A DNA stretch of 64,000 nt from Klebsormidium nitens. Lineage: Eukaryota; Plantae; Klebsormidiophyceae. A model generated the notes under the pieces. The model saw nothing but the letters and a program-made list of their open reading frames with translations. It was not told where the DNA came from and searched no databases. Position numbers and translations under genes: made by a program. The stretch spans positions 186,001 through 250,000 of the forward strand of contig DF236963.1 in assembly GCA_000708835.1 (NCBI GenBank). Direction: 5' to 3'. Positions 36,660 through 50,040 of the stretch are shown in pieces (position 1 is the first letter of the stretch; each line of letters begins with the position of its first letter).

Positions 36660-38941
36660 TGGAGGACGTCTTGAAAATTCCTTTGGCCGCCAAAAGAGCT
36701 GCCACTTCAGTATTCGAGGGCTTTGGAAGAGCGGCCACAACCGCAGAGGCTTTCAGGGCTTTTCAGGGCTTTCAGGACAAGAAGAAAAGACTATACAATA
36801 GCTGCCTTTGGCCAACTCTGCTGCCTTTGATCCTGTGACCAGCTCCAAAAACATACAACACAGAGGTACTTGGAAAAGATTACATGAGGTCGAGCGGCTG
36901 ATTAGCACCTGTCCAAGTTGTGAGCGCATGACCAGCATAATCAGGAAAACAAGCTGAGAGGCAAAAGCTCGTCTTATAATCGTAGTTCTCAAATGCTTCC
37001 TCAATTGCAGGGGGAGATGTGTCAAGTTGGACTTGGAATCTATTTAGGGTGGATCTTGACACAAGCCTCCAATCAGAGCGAACGACATCTTGTGTTCATC
37101 TCGGAAAAGTCTGGCTGAATTATAATTGAGAATTCTTCTTCCAAGCATCTTCAACATCGAGGTATCGAAGGATGGAATCAAGAATTAAAGTTCGCAGCCG
37201 CTATTTATCAAGCCTGTGCTCATTATGCGCTCGGTGAAATCGAGGAGTTGCATTGGCTTTGTCAGAAATAGACGCGAAACAGGGTTGATCCAGCGATCTT
37301 ATCGATCTTCCCTTATTCCCAGAAACACCTACCAAAAAATTCTTCTACTTTCCTCGTGGAAACAGACATGGGGTGATTGATGAACAGTAATGTGGTCGAG
37401 CAGGAAGTTCATGACCGGCAGATGGAGCAAGCTGATTGGAAAGGGCGCTTTTATCTGCAAGATGGTCGAGAGGCGCAGGGGTGCTGCCCCAGAATTCAGA
37501 AAGCCCCGAAGCTGGTCTGGCCGAAGTCGATAGCTGCTGTAGACGAATCTTCAGCGCAACTTGGCTTATTCGACGGGAGTACCTTAGCTGGTCACATTTT
37601 GTTGACAGGAAACTACAGGGGCCTGCGGTATTTTGACTTCTTTGACCACAGAGCAGAACAGGATGAGAAAGAGAGGGCCAATGACGTCCCAGCTTTAGGC
37701 TTAAAAGAGAACGATGGCCAAGCCGAGGAGACATGTTTCTCCACGAAGGAGATTTCAGGGCCGTCTGGGAAAAGTTATCCTGCAGAGTTCCAAAATCACA
37801 GCATTCATCCTGGTGATGTTCCTGGTTCCAGCAGGATTCTTTCTCTCAACCTCCTCAAGGTCGGGAAGGCAAGACTCAGGTGAGATTTTGAAAAGATGTG
37901 TTTGTAAGCAGGAAGTTGTTATCAGGTCTCATCAAATGCGGTGAGCTTGTTTTGAGGTGCAATTACATTCTACCTTCAACACTTGCAATCTCTCAATTAG
38001 AGTTCCCTTCTTTCTCGCTTTGGCTTGATGTTTGATCGGATGATAAGGTCCGCTCGTACATCATTCTTTCATCCCCTCGCTTCCAACCTGTCATCCCTTT
38101 TTTTCCCGCCGTTCTTTCAGGCATACATTCCAAAAGCCCTCGGCATCTCTTGCAACAAGCGGAGGTGCAGCCCAGGTTGGAAACGAATGGAATAGTAAGT
38201 TTAAGCTTATGCAGCCGCTCGAAGATTTACGCTTGAGATCTGTGCCTTTTTCTCTTGAGATTCTACTGCGAAGTTCTTTGTGCCACATTGAAAGACAAGT
38301 TGTGGCGAAGGGACTTGGACAAATCGGGCATCGCAGGTTTGAATCAAGAACGTGTCTTCGAACTTTCTAACGAGTCGAGAACTTGAGTACCTTGACAGAA
38401 CCCGCTCATTGTTTTTGCGACACGGCGGAACTCAAAATTTCTTTTGACACTTAAGTCATGCTTGATTCAGCTTGAATGTTGGATACTCATGCTTCGAAGC
38501 GGCCAATCTCTGCATCTGCACCTGATGGAACGTCCAGAAGTACCGATCTTCCTGCTACGTGCAATCTTTCAGCCATTCATAATGGCAATGATCTCAGAAA
38601 AGTGGACTAATTTTGTGAGTGATTCGTCTCAGGTTTTCAAACCTCGTCAGATCCCAACTCTCGACGAGAAGATCGAGGCCGGAATGGGAATGGAAGACGT
38701 CGTCGAGCACTTCATCGACTCTGAGTACAACATCGACGTGCCAATCCTCCAGTCCTTGCTGCAGCGAGCCATTAAAGCAGTTGACTCGGCCGAGGAAACG
38801 GTAAGTAAGGAGTGGGGCCCGGGTATGCTGGAGTACTCTACTCTAGATGCTGGTTCGGTGGAGGAAAGCGCTCCAGCGAAGTCAGAGGGTTCGAGCGCAG
38901 AAGGGGGACTTGGCGAAGCAGTAATGTGGATGGCCATGTAG
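36660..38941 (+). pseudogene. Unknown gene with a decayed 5' part and an intact-looking last exon
   Basis: The frame HRGIEGWNQELKFAAAIYQACAHYALGEIEELHWLCQK*..DMG*LMNSNVVEQ.. runs through two stops into ORF 37377-37883. The last exon, 38632-38941 (cag|VFKPRQIPTLDEKIEAG..MWMAM*), has gene-like codon use. It may instead be a functional gene starting near 37377. Confidence 0.5.
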
Positions 38942-38999
38942 GCTCTTGCCCCGAACAGCGGCCCCATTCGAATTAAAGTTGTGACGGTTTCAAGACATC

Positions 39000-39890
39000 A
39001 TAGTCTCTCATGGAAGCTGCATGAATTTCCCTGTCGTACGCATCAAGAATACGAAAAAGAGAGCACGCGGTCCAAATTCAGTGGGCGTCAAGAACCAACT
39101 GGCATCTGCATCGTTAAGCATGTTCGCAGAGATTCCACCTGTCAGCTACCTAGTGGCCCATCTCTGCTTGCACAACTAGGTTCACTTAAAGAGCAGATTG
39201 ACGGTAGGCAGCTTGGGCTCTAGCCTTTTGTCGAGATGGACCCACCCAGACTTGCAGGTTGACTACCACTGTACCAGTCGCCTTCGTAGCGATCTAAATA
39301 ATATCTCTTCAACCACATTCCATTCGATTCCGCAACCACAGCTGATTGGGCATATCGATGCACTGTCAAACTTTTCATTGATCTTCTTAAAGATGGAGCT
39401 TGATTGTCTGATTCTCGCTGAGTGGCATAAGACGAAAAGAGCATGCACTACGAAGGAGAATAAGTCTCTGCTCAGCTTCATGTCCTGTGTTACGCGGAGC
39501 CCTTTGTTTGGCTATGTAATATGGACCTCCGAGTAACGGGAATCCCTGGCATGTCCGGTCCATGTACGGTCCATTTGAAGTTTTGGCGAAGTTGATCAGA
39601 GCTGCATGCGCTGATGCGCCAGCAACAGTCTCGACGAACCTGAATTTACATTGGAATGCCTCTTCGACAAGGCGTAGGTTCTGAACGGAATCTTGAAAAT
39701 CACGAGAAAGAGTGTTGAGCGTCTTGACCGGGTACATGCGCGAGAATGCCTAGATGCTTCCTTGCTTGCCGTCTTGCCGCAGGCGCAGCCAGTGTTCCAT
39801 GGTGCCCAGGCTGGTTTACCAGATGCATTCTCGACCGTTCATGTTGCTCGCGAGCTCAAGTTTTCGATATTGTACACCGTCCGATAACGC
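39000..39890 (-). pseudogene. Decayed ORF relic of unknown origin (possibly TE-derived)
   Basis: One frame reads QYRKLELASNMNGRECIW*TSLGTMEHWLRLRQDGKQGSI*AFSRMYPVKTLN.. through scattered stops into ORF 39387-39737. No introns are evident. Confidence 0.3.
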
Positions 39891-40044
39891 TTCCTAAATA
39901 CATGGTTAAGTTACGCCCGTTGACGTTGGGTTAGTGCTGAGTTGTACATGCAACCGGCGACCAAGCTGAGATTAAAACGAACGCACTGCCAAATTATGCC
40001 CCCCAAATGCAGCGCCCACATTCTATTTCCATCATCAAGCCGAC

Positions 40045-41505
40045 ATGCATTCTATGGTCGCTTGTAAACACTCCTCTTTTGCTATAGCATGTGTATCAAC
40101 AACTGATGTACTTTGTGGTAGCTCGTGGAATCCATGTTCCTTGTTGACGCCAACTCCAAAACCTTTCGCAGCTTATCTATCCCTCGCAAGCAAGCGGTCC
40201 TTATGCAAGAGACCATTTCCTGAGAAAATACCTGCTCAAGAAGGTTTGCTTTCCATTCAATTCACTCCCTGTTCAGAGCTGTCTTTCAATTATCACACCA
40301 GATGCAGCCCCAATCTGATTGACGGCATTCATCGGCCCAGAACATTGACAAAATTTGGTAGAGCTTTAATTGTGAGAAGCTCCAGTGAAAAATTAGGAGA
40401 CGGTGTCTTCATTGAAAGGGCCTCAGACAGCAGTGTAGGGGCAGGTGCTTTGAAGGGCACATTTACCACCACCAAAAAGAGTCCGCCTAAGCAAAAGGGG
40501 GGGAAGCTGCCAGACAGAAAGGAAGCTGTCCAGACCTTTTTGGTAAGTCCAATGTCTAATGCCACATAGAACGCAGCTGGTTTTCCTGACCTTGTGAATC
40601 CTCAGATTGTAAAACTGAGTCGGGGGAGTCCGTCCGTCTGCGATCGTTCCATCCTTTGCAGTCGCAGGTACTTCTCACAGCAAAGTGTCAGCTGATCTGA
40701 AATGTTGCTCTGCTTGGGCATACCACAATCTCAAGAGCTTATGGTGGGAGCCGCTTAGCTCGCAGACTTATCCATTGGTAGTGCTTTGATGCAATGAGAC
40801 CACCAGCGAGAGACGTCCAGGGAAAGTCTGGAGCACATGATCGAGGAATGCAAGTGAGCCTTCCAGTCTGAAGTTGCAAGGCCGCTTCACCAGGTGCGCA
40901 GTCAGTGCGTCATTGTGTTGAGTCGAGATGCCCTTCTAATTCATGTTTTGCAGTTTGACACTCCCGTGCAAGAGCAAAGCCCGCGGGTCCAAGCTACCAA
41001 GCGGGGCCGGGGGGGCAAGACAGTGACTGTGGTCGGCGGTCTTAAACTCAAGCCGGAAAGCTTGGAAGCTCTAGCGAAGCAACTGAAGGCCCTTTGTGGA
41101 GCTGGCGGTGCTGTCAAGGAAGGATGTGTTGAAATTCAGGTGAGCTTTGCAAACTTTCTTTTCCCAAGCTTGTCAAGTCTGTTATCAGCTCAATTTCCTC
41201 CTTCCATTCATGGACTCCCAAACTTTCAGATGTCTTCGTGAAAGTCACTCGTGTGACTTCAATGATTTGAGTGACGTTGACTGATGGGAGTGGTGACCTC
41301 CATCTTTGCTTTTACCTCTATGATATGCTTTTACTTGGTCATGATCTGCAAAAAGGAGGTCATTCAGTATGACATGGGGTTTGGACACATTTTTCATCAA
41401 AGAAGGCCGAAACGAGCAGAATATATGTTACAGGGCGATCACACAAAATCGATAAACGAGAAGCTGATCTCACTGGGCTACAAGTCAAAGGTGAGCGGAA
41501 AATGA
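40045..41505 (+). CDS. Plastid-targeted bacterial-type translation initiation factor SUI1/YciH
   Basis: Exons 40045(or 40054)-40543, 40954-41139 and 41434-41505. After a long Ser/basic presequence comes RVQATKRGRGGKTVTVVGGL..LAKQLKALCGAGGAVKEGCVEIQ|GDH..LISLGYKSKVSGK*, the prokaryotic YciH pattern. Confidence 0.9.
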
Positions 41506-42139
41506 TTGGAGAGAAAGCACCCATGTGTAGCGGACAGCACGCGCACGGTATTGTGAAGGACAAGAGGGAGCGGAGAACAGTTTTTGAAGGCAGGTACAAG
41601 GTCCGTACGTTTTGGAAGGCTCTACTGCAAGGGACAAATATCTAGGGCCTCCGACTCAGTTGTTTCTTGGAAAGCAACCGACGAGGTTGTGTCTTGTGTC
41701 CCCTTTCTAGCCACTCGGCCGTAGTTCCTTACTTCCGACAAGAGTGGGCTTTATTTGAGCTCGACAGTGGTCTACAATTAAGTCAAACTTCGTTGGAAAC
41801 CGTCTCATGTTGAGCTGCTTTCGTTGTGAAGTTCAGTGCCTCATAAATTCAAACGGAATCTTAATCAATCTACAATCGTCATGTTTGGCAACCCAAGACT
41901 TCTTTAAGCGGCCTGCACTTGTGTGTCACTTTCATACAACCTGAGCATTACAATCGTTGGTTTGTAGCATCACAGCTAGATGGTGAGAGCCGTTTGATGT
42001 TATTCTGAATGCTGCCGAACTCGATCTTTTCTATATCGGTTAGGAGATCCACTCATGCCAGTGAATTTGAGTAGTCACTACAAAACGCAATCGTCACTTC
42101 CTGCATATGTTGCGCAGATGTACAGGAAACGTATTAACC

Positions 42140-42670
42140 ACCATGCCAGTGACAAGCTCTTGTCATGGCGCACCGTTGTATAAGCAGGCCATATGATGGA
42201 TCTTGTCGACAATATGCATACGTACATGCTGACGGAACGTGCTGATCGAATTCGTCGAAGAATTACATTGAAAGGGGCCCCTGGTGAATCACGCAGGCTG
42301 AGCCGCCATGCGGCATTTTAATGTATCATGATCATAATTCATTGAACTCGGCCGGCGGACATACGTGGTCGCCGGAATCCGCTGCAGGACAGACTGCACT
42401 GCCGCAGTCCTTAGCGCGTTGCATGTGCTTGAATAGTTCTCACGGCCGTTGTATCACTAGCATGGGCCCAATATGGTACCGCCGCATCATGAACGTGACG
42501 CGCCGTTCTCACAAGCGGCCCACAAGCTTAAGAGGATCCTCGAGCCCAACAATCATGGAGAGCTTGAGCCCTACCTGCCGTACGCCGCTGGCTGGCACCT
42601 CTATTTGCATGTGTCCGTCCGACCAATCGCCCATGAATGATTGTCGATGCGTCACGTTGTTCATGGGCCT
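42140..42670. other. CATG/palindrome-rich intergenic island (convergent spacer, YciH/fibrillin)
   Basis: 12 CATG counted in ~530 bp, with GGCC, GATC and TGCA words. Confidence 0.6.
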
Positions 42671-43063
42671 TGTCAACTGCATACCGTACGGTCGGGCCCA
42701 GTGATGGGTGCCAATGATCCATTTGGTCATTTGACTTGTGAATGATGGTGTTCCGCAATGGCTGCGTAACTCACCAAAGGGATGCAAATCCGTCCAAGCT
42801 GCTTTTTATCTAGAAGCTCAACTCCGGTGTTGCCTAATACATAAGCATCAAATATAAACAGATCAGAAGCCGGAAGTAGTAACACTAGTAAAGACAACTT
42901 TCAAGCTCAGTCTAGCACACCGGCAGAGTTTAATGTCCTCAGAATCAAAATCAACAAGTCAACAACAGAGTTTGTCAAAACTTCGACAAAAGGGTGCCAG
43001 TTCAGCAAGCAAGGCTATTCCATCTCTAGGAGCGTGCATGATTAAAATACAATTGCAGGCTGT

Positions 43064-44904
43064 CTATGCCTCCCTCTCAACAATAACAATGTTCCCAAAG
43101 TTCCCTTTCGTGATCCTGAAGGACTGATCCTGATACAGGATATCCACCCAACCTGGCTTGCCTTTGGGGAAAACTCGTTTCATTGTGCCATCTTCCTCCA
43201 TATCCGGGTTATCCTTGAAAACCTTCTTCCAGACCGTAAGATCAGTCCCTTCAGCCGGAGTTACACTGCTCTCTGTGAACTCCACGGAAATTCTCTTGTC
43301 ACCCTCGAGAACATACTCGGCTCGGTTCAGGATCTTGGCTCGCATAGTCGGCAACCCCTCTGGCTCCAAAGTCACATCTTGGTATACATCATAGTACTTT
43401 CCCCCGTCAACTTCGTTGTAGACCTCGTGCATAATCATTGAGAGCTCCACAGGCTGATACTGCATGTACAAAAGCAGCGAGCTTGGTCATTGAAAACAGG
43501 CTTGTGATAACACCTTGCCGGAACTACTTTCCGTGAAAAGACACGAAGAAGATGCAGCTGAAAGTCCTGCCCTCTTTAAATAGTGTATCTTCCTTGGGTC
43601 TTTTCACGGGCTTTTCGCTCTTCTCAGTGGCCAACTAAACTCCCTGCTCATCGCAAGTTTGTCAGTTGCCAAGTATGAGGGCGTTTCCAACTCTGATGAC
43701 CACTATATTGAATAAATCACATCAGCGACGCACAACTTAGGAACCACCTTCTCCTTCAATTTCACTATTTTGCAGAAACCTTGGCCTCGCACGCTGTCAG
43801 GCTTCATACCGCATTGAAACGCAAAAGCAATTGGGCCTACTCTAAAATCGGGTTTGACCTTACAATTACAGCCAGACAGGTGTTGAAAGTACTGGTTTAG
43901 AGACCTTACCATGTTGAACGTTGCCCGCCCCAAAGTCAGCTTTGCCCCTCGGTACAAGACATTCGGCATCGTGCTGTTCAGCAACCGGTAGCCGCCTTTG
44001 ACCATTTCAAGATTCTTTGCTGGCTCAGAGTCGGGAGTGATCTCTGACAACTCGTTGATGATGCTGAGCTCTTCCTCTGTCAAGTTGCCGATATTGCCCT
44101 CGAGGCTCGTCCGCAGCTTGCCCTTCAGCTCCTCCCTCTGAAAAGGACAAAGGGTATCATAAACTAGGCATCTCCGTTACATTTTTGCGGGCGTTGATTG
44201 CAGACACCAATCTCTCTCAAATGTTTGTCTCGTCCAGAAACTTGGACGTCCCACAGTAACTTGTCATTCAAACTCGTTGGCCACATTCTGAGCAGATTGA
44301 CTCAAGGAACAAAAAGGCGATCGGACCCTCAGCATTGTGTTTAGATGTGGGCCTCTTCTGGGCTTGAGCTCGACATTTTTGCAATGCTCGTTAAGGAGTG
44401 GCAGTGTCTCAGTGTAATGTCAAGACGACTCGTTTGCATTTTTCGAGCATCCATTGGCACAAAAGAAAACCAAAGCAAGAAAGTGGTAAGGAGGGGCAGC
44501 CTGCTATCATACACACAACGAGGTCAGAAGGTCAGTCCCAACAGCAGCCCGAATGTGCCTTGAACACATACCTTCCCTTCCAGATCAGTGGTAGCGCTGG
44601 CCACCACTGAAGTGCACCGGTTGATCATCTGCTTCTTACTTCTGCCTGCAAATGCAGACTTTGTGTACCGCACCAGAGATCCTTGCTGGCCAGTTGACTG
44701 CCAGAGGGGCGCAGCCTTCCCTACTCTTCTTTGCTGCTGTTGCCGGAAGAACCTTGCCTGCATAGTGTAATCGTGTGAGCATGTCTGCATGCACACAGCG
44801 GGCACTGTATATGGAGGCGCGCTGCAGCTTCTGACTGAAGTACTCTGCCAACCCAGCAGCACTTGACCTCCCTGACAACAAGGTATGGCTACTGACATTG
44901 CCAT
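43064..44904 (-). CDS. Plastid lipid-associated protein / fibrillin family
   Basis: Approximate exons 44904-44572 (transit peptide), 44139-43910 (ELSEITPDSEPAKNLEMVKGGYRLLNST..LGRATFNM) and 43462-43064 (..GWVDILYQDQSFRITKGNFGNIVIVERE). A probable 5'UTR intron runs from the donor near 45398 to the acceptor near 44910. Confidence 0.85.
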
Positions 44905-45724
44905 TTCAGCTACGGTATTAATGCAAGCCTATTGTTGAAGAGAAGTTCAAAGCCGTTTGGGGAACATAGAGCTGTGGATCTGCAAGTCTCCGCGCCTCGC
45001 TTTAATGCCAACCTCCAAGCTGTTCCTTCTCAGCAGAGGCAAGCAACTTTCTCATTGGTAAATTATCAAGTGCTCTCTCCTGATGTCAGAGAGCAGTCTG
45101 GTGCAAGGACAATGCACCAAGCGGGTCTGAGCGGGTCTGCCTTTTCTAGTTGCAAATGAGCACCATTGATTCTCGACGATTTTGAGGGAGTTCTCGCTGC
45201 TCTACGACACGTAGAGACTTATCGCAACGTCCATTTTTTTGGCAAGCGCTTATCGGACGGTTTGTGAAAAGTCGAATTCCATTGGCGGAAACACCCGCCA
45301 AAACATTCAAGTAATACCGTCTCCGGCAGTGCGGGCCAGCTAGGGCGCAGCTTTTAAGTTTTATTCAACTCAGAGCGGACAAATCTAAGATTATCTTACC
45401 TGGTCCTGAGTGACCGTCACTGAGTCACAAGCCGTCACAAGTGAATCTGCAAGGCTGCACTGCAGCATTTGGCTGCATGACATCGCAGATTTGATGATAC
45501 CGCAACAGAAGTGAAGTCCTGAATTCCTAATTAAGCTTTTCGCCGTTTGCTGACTTAGCAAAATTCCAGCTTCTGCGGTTGTTGCGCTGGAAGCACGAAC
45601 TTAGCGCTGCTCAGATACATACCAGGAGCAGCAAAGAAACGTGCTTTCGAGCACTTGCTAAGGTAGCAGTAATTCTGGATTCTGAGCTTGTTCATTCAGC
45701 TAGGAAGCGGTATCAAGGTCAATC

Positions 45725-48700
45725 ATGCAAGGAGACATTCTGGAAAGGAGGGTGTTAATCACATATGGTGAGCAAGTTGCTGCATACATAAAGTTTCACT
45801 ATTGCAGTCGTTCAGATTATGCGGACAGAAGCTGATGTTCAGTCTGCATTCTTATGTTGCAGATCAAGATCCCCATGGGGCACATAGATGAGCTACTGCA
45901 CAATAAGAATGAACGAGGGAAGAATGGGACAAGCTCCTTGTCCATCTTGAAGGACAGTTTCACTTGCTGGTGTTGCTCTGCACATCCTGATTGACTTGTG
46001 AAGATCCATTACTGGCAAGAGTGTCTCCTGAGGACTCAAAGCTTGTGTCAGATTCTACAGATCAGAAGGAAAATGCGGGTACAACCACTGGGGGAGAAGC
46101 CTTGCATTTGCGGCATCCAAAGACTGGTGCGTGCGCACAACCCGGTTGGAAACTCTGCCTACAAAGTCAAAGACGAGCAATAAGGAGAAGATGCTGTGGA
46201 CCAGAATGGTTGCACTTGTTGCATTTGGCCCAATCTTGATCAGGCTGCCAGGCAACAGAACTTCTTTGGTCATCAATGTGACCAGCTTTGAACAAGTTTT
46301 CACTTGCGAGCTGTGTCAATCGACGCAACAAACACTGATCAGCAGAGGTGTCTCTATCTCTGCCTTGGTTTCAACGAAAATCCTTCGGTCTAAACAAGGC
46401 GGGGATGAAAGAAAACAAAACAATACCCATTTGGCTTGCCATTGTTGATAATCTGGCCATGCCGCAACATTACTTCTCTGTGTCCGTACAGCTGTTCCGT
46501 CACTGTACTTACTGATTCGGGAAAAGTTGCAAGAAGTTCACTGGTTCAAGCAGCAGCTAGCGTCTTGGTTCATTGGAGAGTCTGTCAGTGAAGGTGAGTA
46601 GATCAAAAACCATGTTGTCATTTAGTTTCCTGCCACTCAACCAAACAGCTCGTAAGGTTGAAGACAGCGTGTGGAACGTCTTATTCAAAGAAATCTCATG
46701 CAGTTTCCCTTGCATACCGCCTCGACAGACACTGCAGATACTGTCCAGAGGTGAAACCTGTGGGAGGACTTCAATGACTGACTGTTGACCCCAGTTTCTT
46801 AGCTCGTTTTGCAGATGGCAGCCTCTATCTTTCATCACCTGTCGACCCACTGTTCATTGCCCTACCGCTTCTGGAACAAGCACGAATGAAGGTGAGATAC
46901 CATTGGCATTGACAGGAGTCAAATACATCTTCAAAGAATCCGAAGAGCTGCAAACATAGAGGATTAGGAAGATAACTGTTTGAATGCCTTTTCCCGGTCT
47001 CTTTTCACCGAATCTTTTTGCATTCCTCTCGGATACAGAAAGGCGACAGTCCTGGCATGTTTCGAGGCTTGGAGGAGATGCTCGAAGTGGAGGGCTTCCC
47101 TGGCTATCAAAAGCTGTTCGACGTCTTCGAGAAGACCCTGGACATGGTATGCGAAGTCAGAGGTAGGGGAACCTGTTGACGCTTATTATATCTTGCTGCT
47201 AGATTGCCACACATAAGGTTCATTATTGATTCGGTTGCTGGAAGCATACAAGCAGGCTTTTGTGTTGGACCTACTAGGACCTTACAGAATGAGATTATGC
47301 TTTGACAAGATTCGATTCGCTCACTGCAGAAGCCGGCGACACAAAGTACTATAGACTAGACGACTTCAAAGCACTTGCTTGGCTTTGCTGCAAGGTGAGC
47401 TTTCTTTGTGTCCAGGACTGCCGCGCAGAGAATTGAACTTGAAGTCAGATGCTGTTTCCTTCCGGGTTGTTGAATCTTCCAGTACTTGACATCAAGCCAA
47501 CATCACTCTTGGTCGTTTGTAAGGACTTGATTCTGCAAGAAATCTACTGCAGGCAAAGGTGAGAATATAGACGTACAGTCTGTGGAAATGCACACAAATT
47601 TGGTGAGTGAGAAGGCTTTTCATTCTTGTGCAGGTAGAGCAAGCGTCAGCAGCCCTCAAAATGAAAGGGGGAAAAGCTTTTCACGGGTTGAGCGACGATG
47701 AGCTCCGTAAGTCACACGTTTGGCTAAGACTCCACATTTATCAAAGTCCGCATAATTAGTTTTTGTGTTGATCCTCAGGCCAACGTCCACGCCCTGTTAG
47801 ACAATTCAGGTCGCGAAACATCTCTTGTCAGTAATGAAAACGGATATTGTTGTTCTACATTGAACAAGTACCTCCTCTCAGGCTTCTTCAACAAGGTGTC
47901 CTTCACTGATTTGACGGCGACAACTTCTCTTCCAGTATACTGTCCAACCAGCGGCCCAGTCACCGTTGAGATGCAAAGCCGTTCCCGATTGACGTCTCTG
48001 CTCGCTCTCCTTTCCATGCAGGAACTTACTCTATCGGGTTGCTATCTGAGTATCTACCAGCTGCTACATGGATGAAGCGCCTTTCAGACCACTACGGGTG
48101 AGCCTTCGAACAGACCTGATCACTTCGATTTGGCAGCAAAGTTGACAACCTTCTTTCCAATCCCTTGCAGATCCCTACTTTGCAAACGGGCACGAAAGCA
48201 TGGTCGTCATTCCATTTGTCGTTCGGTGCTTTCTGCCGAGTTCGCCGTTTATAGAGATCTGAGCGCTTTTCAAACCTCGAAGAAGAAAACCTTCGGGGAA
48301 GACTTGTTGTAACATTGTGACCCTGACCCCCGGTTTTAGAAAGCAGATCGAGTTGTTAGCATGTACCACAGCTCACATGGCGTGATGTTGAGTCGCTCAG
48401 AGCTTGCCCGCTCAATCAGATGTCTTAGCTAAGCTTGCAATCCTCAAACTTGAGAGCAGCTTCGCTTCCAGTCGCCTCCGCAATTTTCAGGTCAGCGTCA
48501 GAATGTATGATGCCCCTTTGTGGGGTGTGAGTCTTCGATCCTCACCCCCAGTCAGCTTTCCGCAGCCTTCGAAACATAGTCCTTTTGCCTTTCGAAACTT
48601 TCATGTGTTTCAAGCGGACGGAAAGCTCCAGACTCATGTAACGACTATCTCTGGTTCTTTGCAGAGTTGATCTGGATGCCGCCAAGAAGGCCCGCGTCCT

Positions 48701-49209
48701 CCTTCCAGTCCAGCCGCTGCCGTGTGCACCTCCCCCACCCCCTCCAGTGAGTGTCCCTCTCGGACACGACGTTGTTTTCTTACCTACTGCAGTTGCCGCT
48801 TTATCGGTTCCATGCGCTTTTGATATGGCAGAACAGCCCGCTTCCCTCGCTGCTTTCAGCATCGCTTGCACCGTGTTCTGCTACGGCCTAGAGGCTTGGC
48901 TTATCTCGCGTTGGCAAAACGGGGTCGACTTCGACACATCGAGACGATTTCCAGCCCTTTCCAGCAAGGATCCTAATTCAACCAAAACAGTCTGCTCTGC
49001 TTTCTTTTAATGCCTAGCTTGCCTCGATCATTTCGTGCTTGTCAACAGCGATTTCGTCCACAATTCTCGCCTATATGGTCTGACCTCTCATGTCCTTCGT
49101 GCAGGCTAAAACTGTGCCAGTCGCAAAAGGGCGGGCGAGCTCCCTAGCAAAGAAAGGACCACAACCAGGCGATCGAAAGATAACATCATTCTTTGCCAGG
49201 CCAAGGTGA
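45725..49209 (+). CDS. RNASEH2B: Ribonuclease H2 subunit B
   Basis: Nine to ten exons give LHLRHPKTG, LQEVHWFKQQLASWFIGESV, DGSLYLSSPVDPLFIALPLL, YYRLDDFKALAWLCCKV, IGLLSEYL and the terminal PIP-box-like KITSFF. The first-exon choice is less certain. Confidence 0.92.
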
Positions 49210-49479
49210 CCGTGTGGACAACTTTGAGCACAGGTTACCTGTATTGTCCAGTCGAAATTGTACCTGAGATTTGCTGCATAGCGAGCCCTTCGTGTTTTTC
49301 CCACCATTTTCAACGCCTTGTTGAAGGTGAGTCTTACCATGCAGCGGATACTTTGGAAAAGCATATTGGTCAGATGGCATTGAACATGATCTTTCAGACA
49401 TATTCAGGCTCTCGTATTTACGGAGTTCCTTAGGACAAGCAGCCCCCACACTGAGCAATCGGACCACAGTCCACAGCCG

Positions 49480-50040
49480 CATCATGTGTGGCACGTACCG
49501 GTCCGTCTCAGTCGCCGTTGATTTCAGGCACTGCCCGGCACGTGCACGTGGTCATGTTGTCACATGTGATATCTTCGACGGCATTTCTAAAAGACAGAGC
49601 TAGCGTGTTCTGCATCCAAACATGGCGGGTGTGCATACGGGTCGAACTGCATGTGAGGCCGTAAGGCAGTGTTGTGCTTCAGTATTTTGTAAGCACTATC
49701 TCGATCTTACATGGTGCCTCGTGCGCAATATATCGCGTCGGCTGTGTGCCATTGAGCGTCGACACCATGGCGCTCACTTTCATAGTAAGCTTGCTTGCAG
49801 CCAGCCGGGAGCACACCACACTTTTGATTGAACTTCCAAGGAGCCAGCTACTAGCTGGATTAGCTAGTTGCTAGCTTATCCTATTCGTAGGACACGCGTA
49901 TACAAGATTCGCGGGCTGAATGTAGATCGCAATCAAGACGCTATGCAACAGCCTAACTGCACGTGTGAGATACTAACCAAGAACTTAGAGGTCGGACATG
50001 CCGTGACCACCTATAGCTGTTCATATGTCAGCACATGCCC
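49480..50040. other. CATG/palindrome-rich intergenic island (convergent spacer, RNASEH2B/NME5)
   Basis: 9 CATG counted, plus CACGTG, TGCA and (CTAG)n words. Confidence 0.55.

Noticed and set aside
45388-45405. ATCTTACCTGG, similar to the U1 snRNA 5' end
   Set aside because: The downstream sequence is not U1; it is better read as a minus-strand donor (CCAG|GTAAGAT) of a fibrillin 5'UTR intron.
45862-45969. Possible poison exon in RNASEH2B intron 1
   Set aside because: The acceptor looks plausible but the donor is weak (gtgttg) and the first-exon structure is uncertain, so it cannot be supported.
47775-48017. Antisense ORF with TGREVVAVKS, kinase-like
   Set aside because: It lies antisense within an RNASEH2B intron, with no Gly-loop, HRD or DFG nearby; probably chance.
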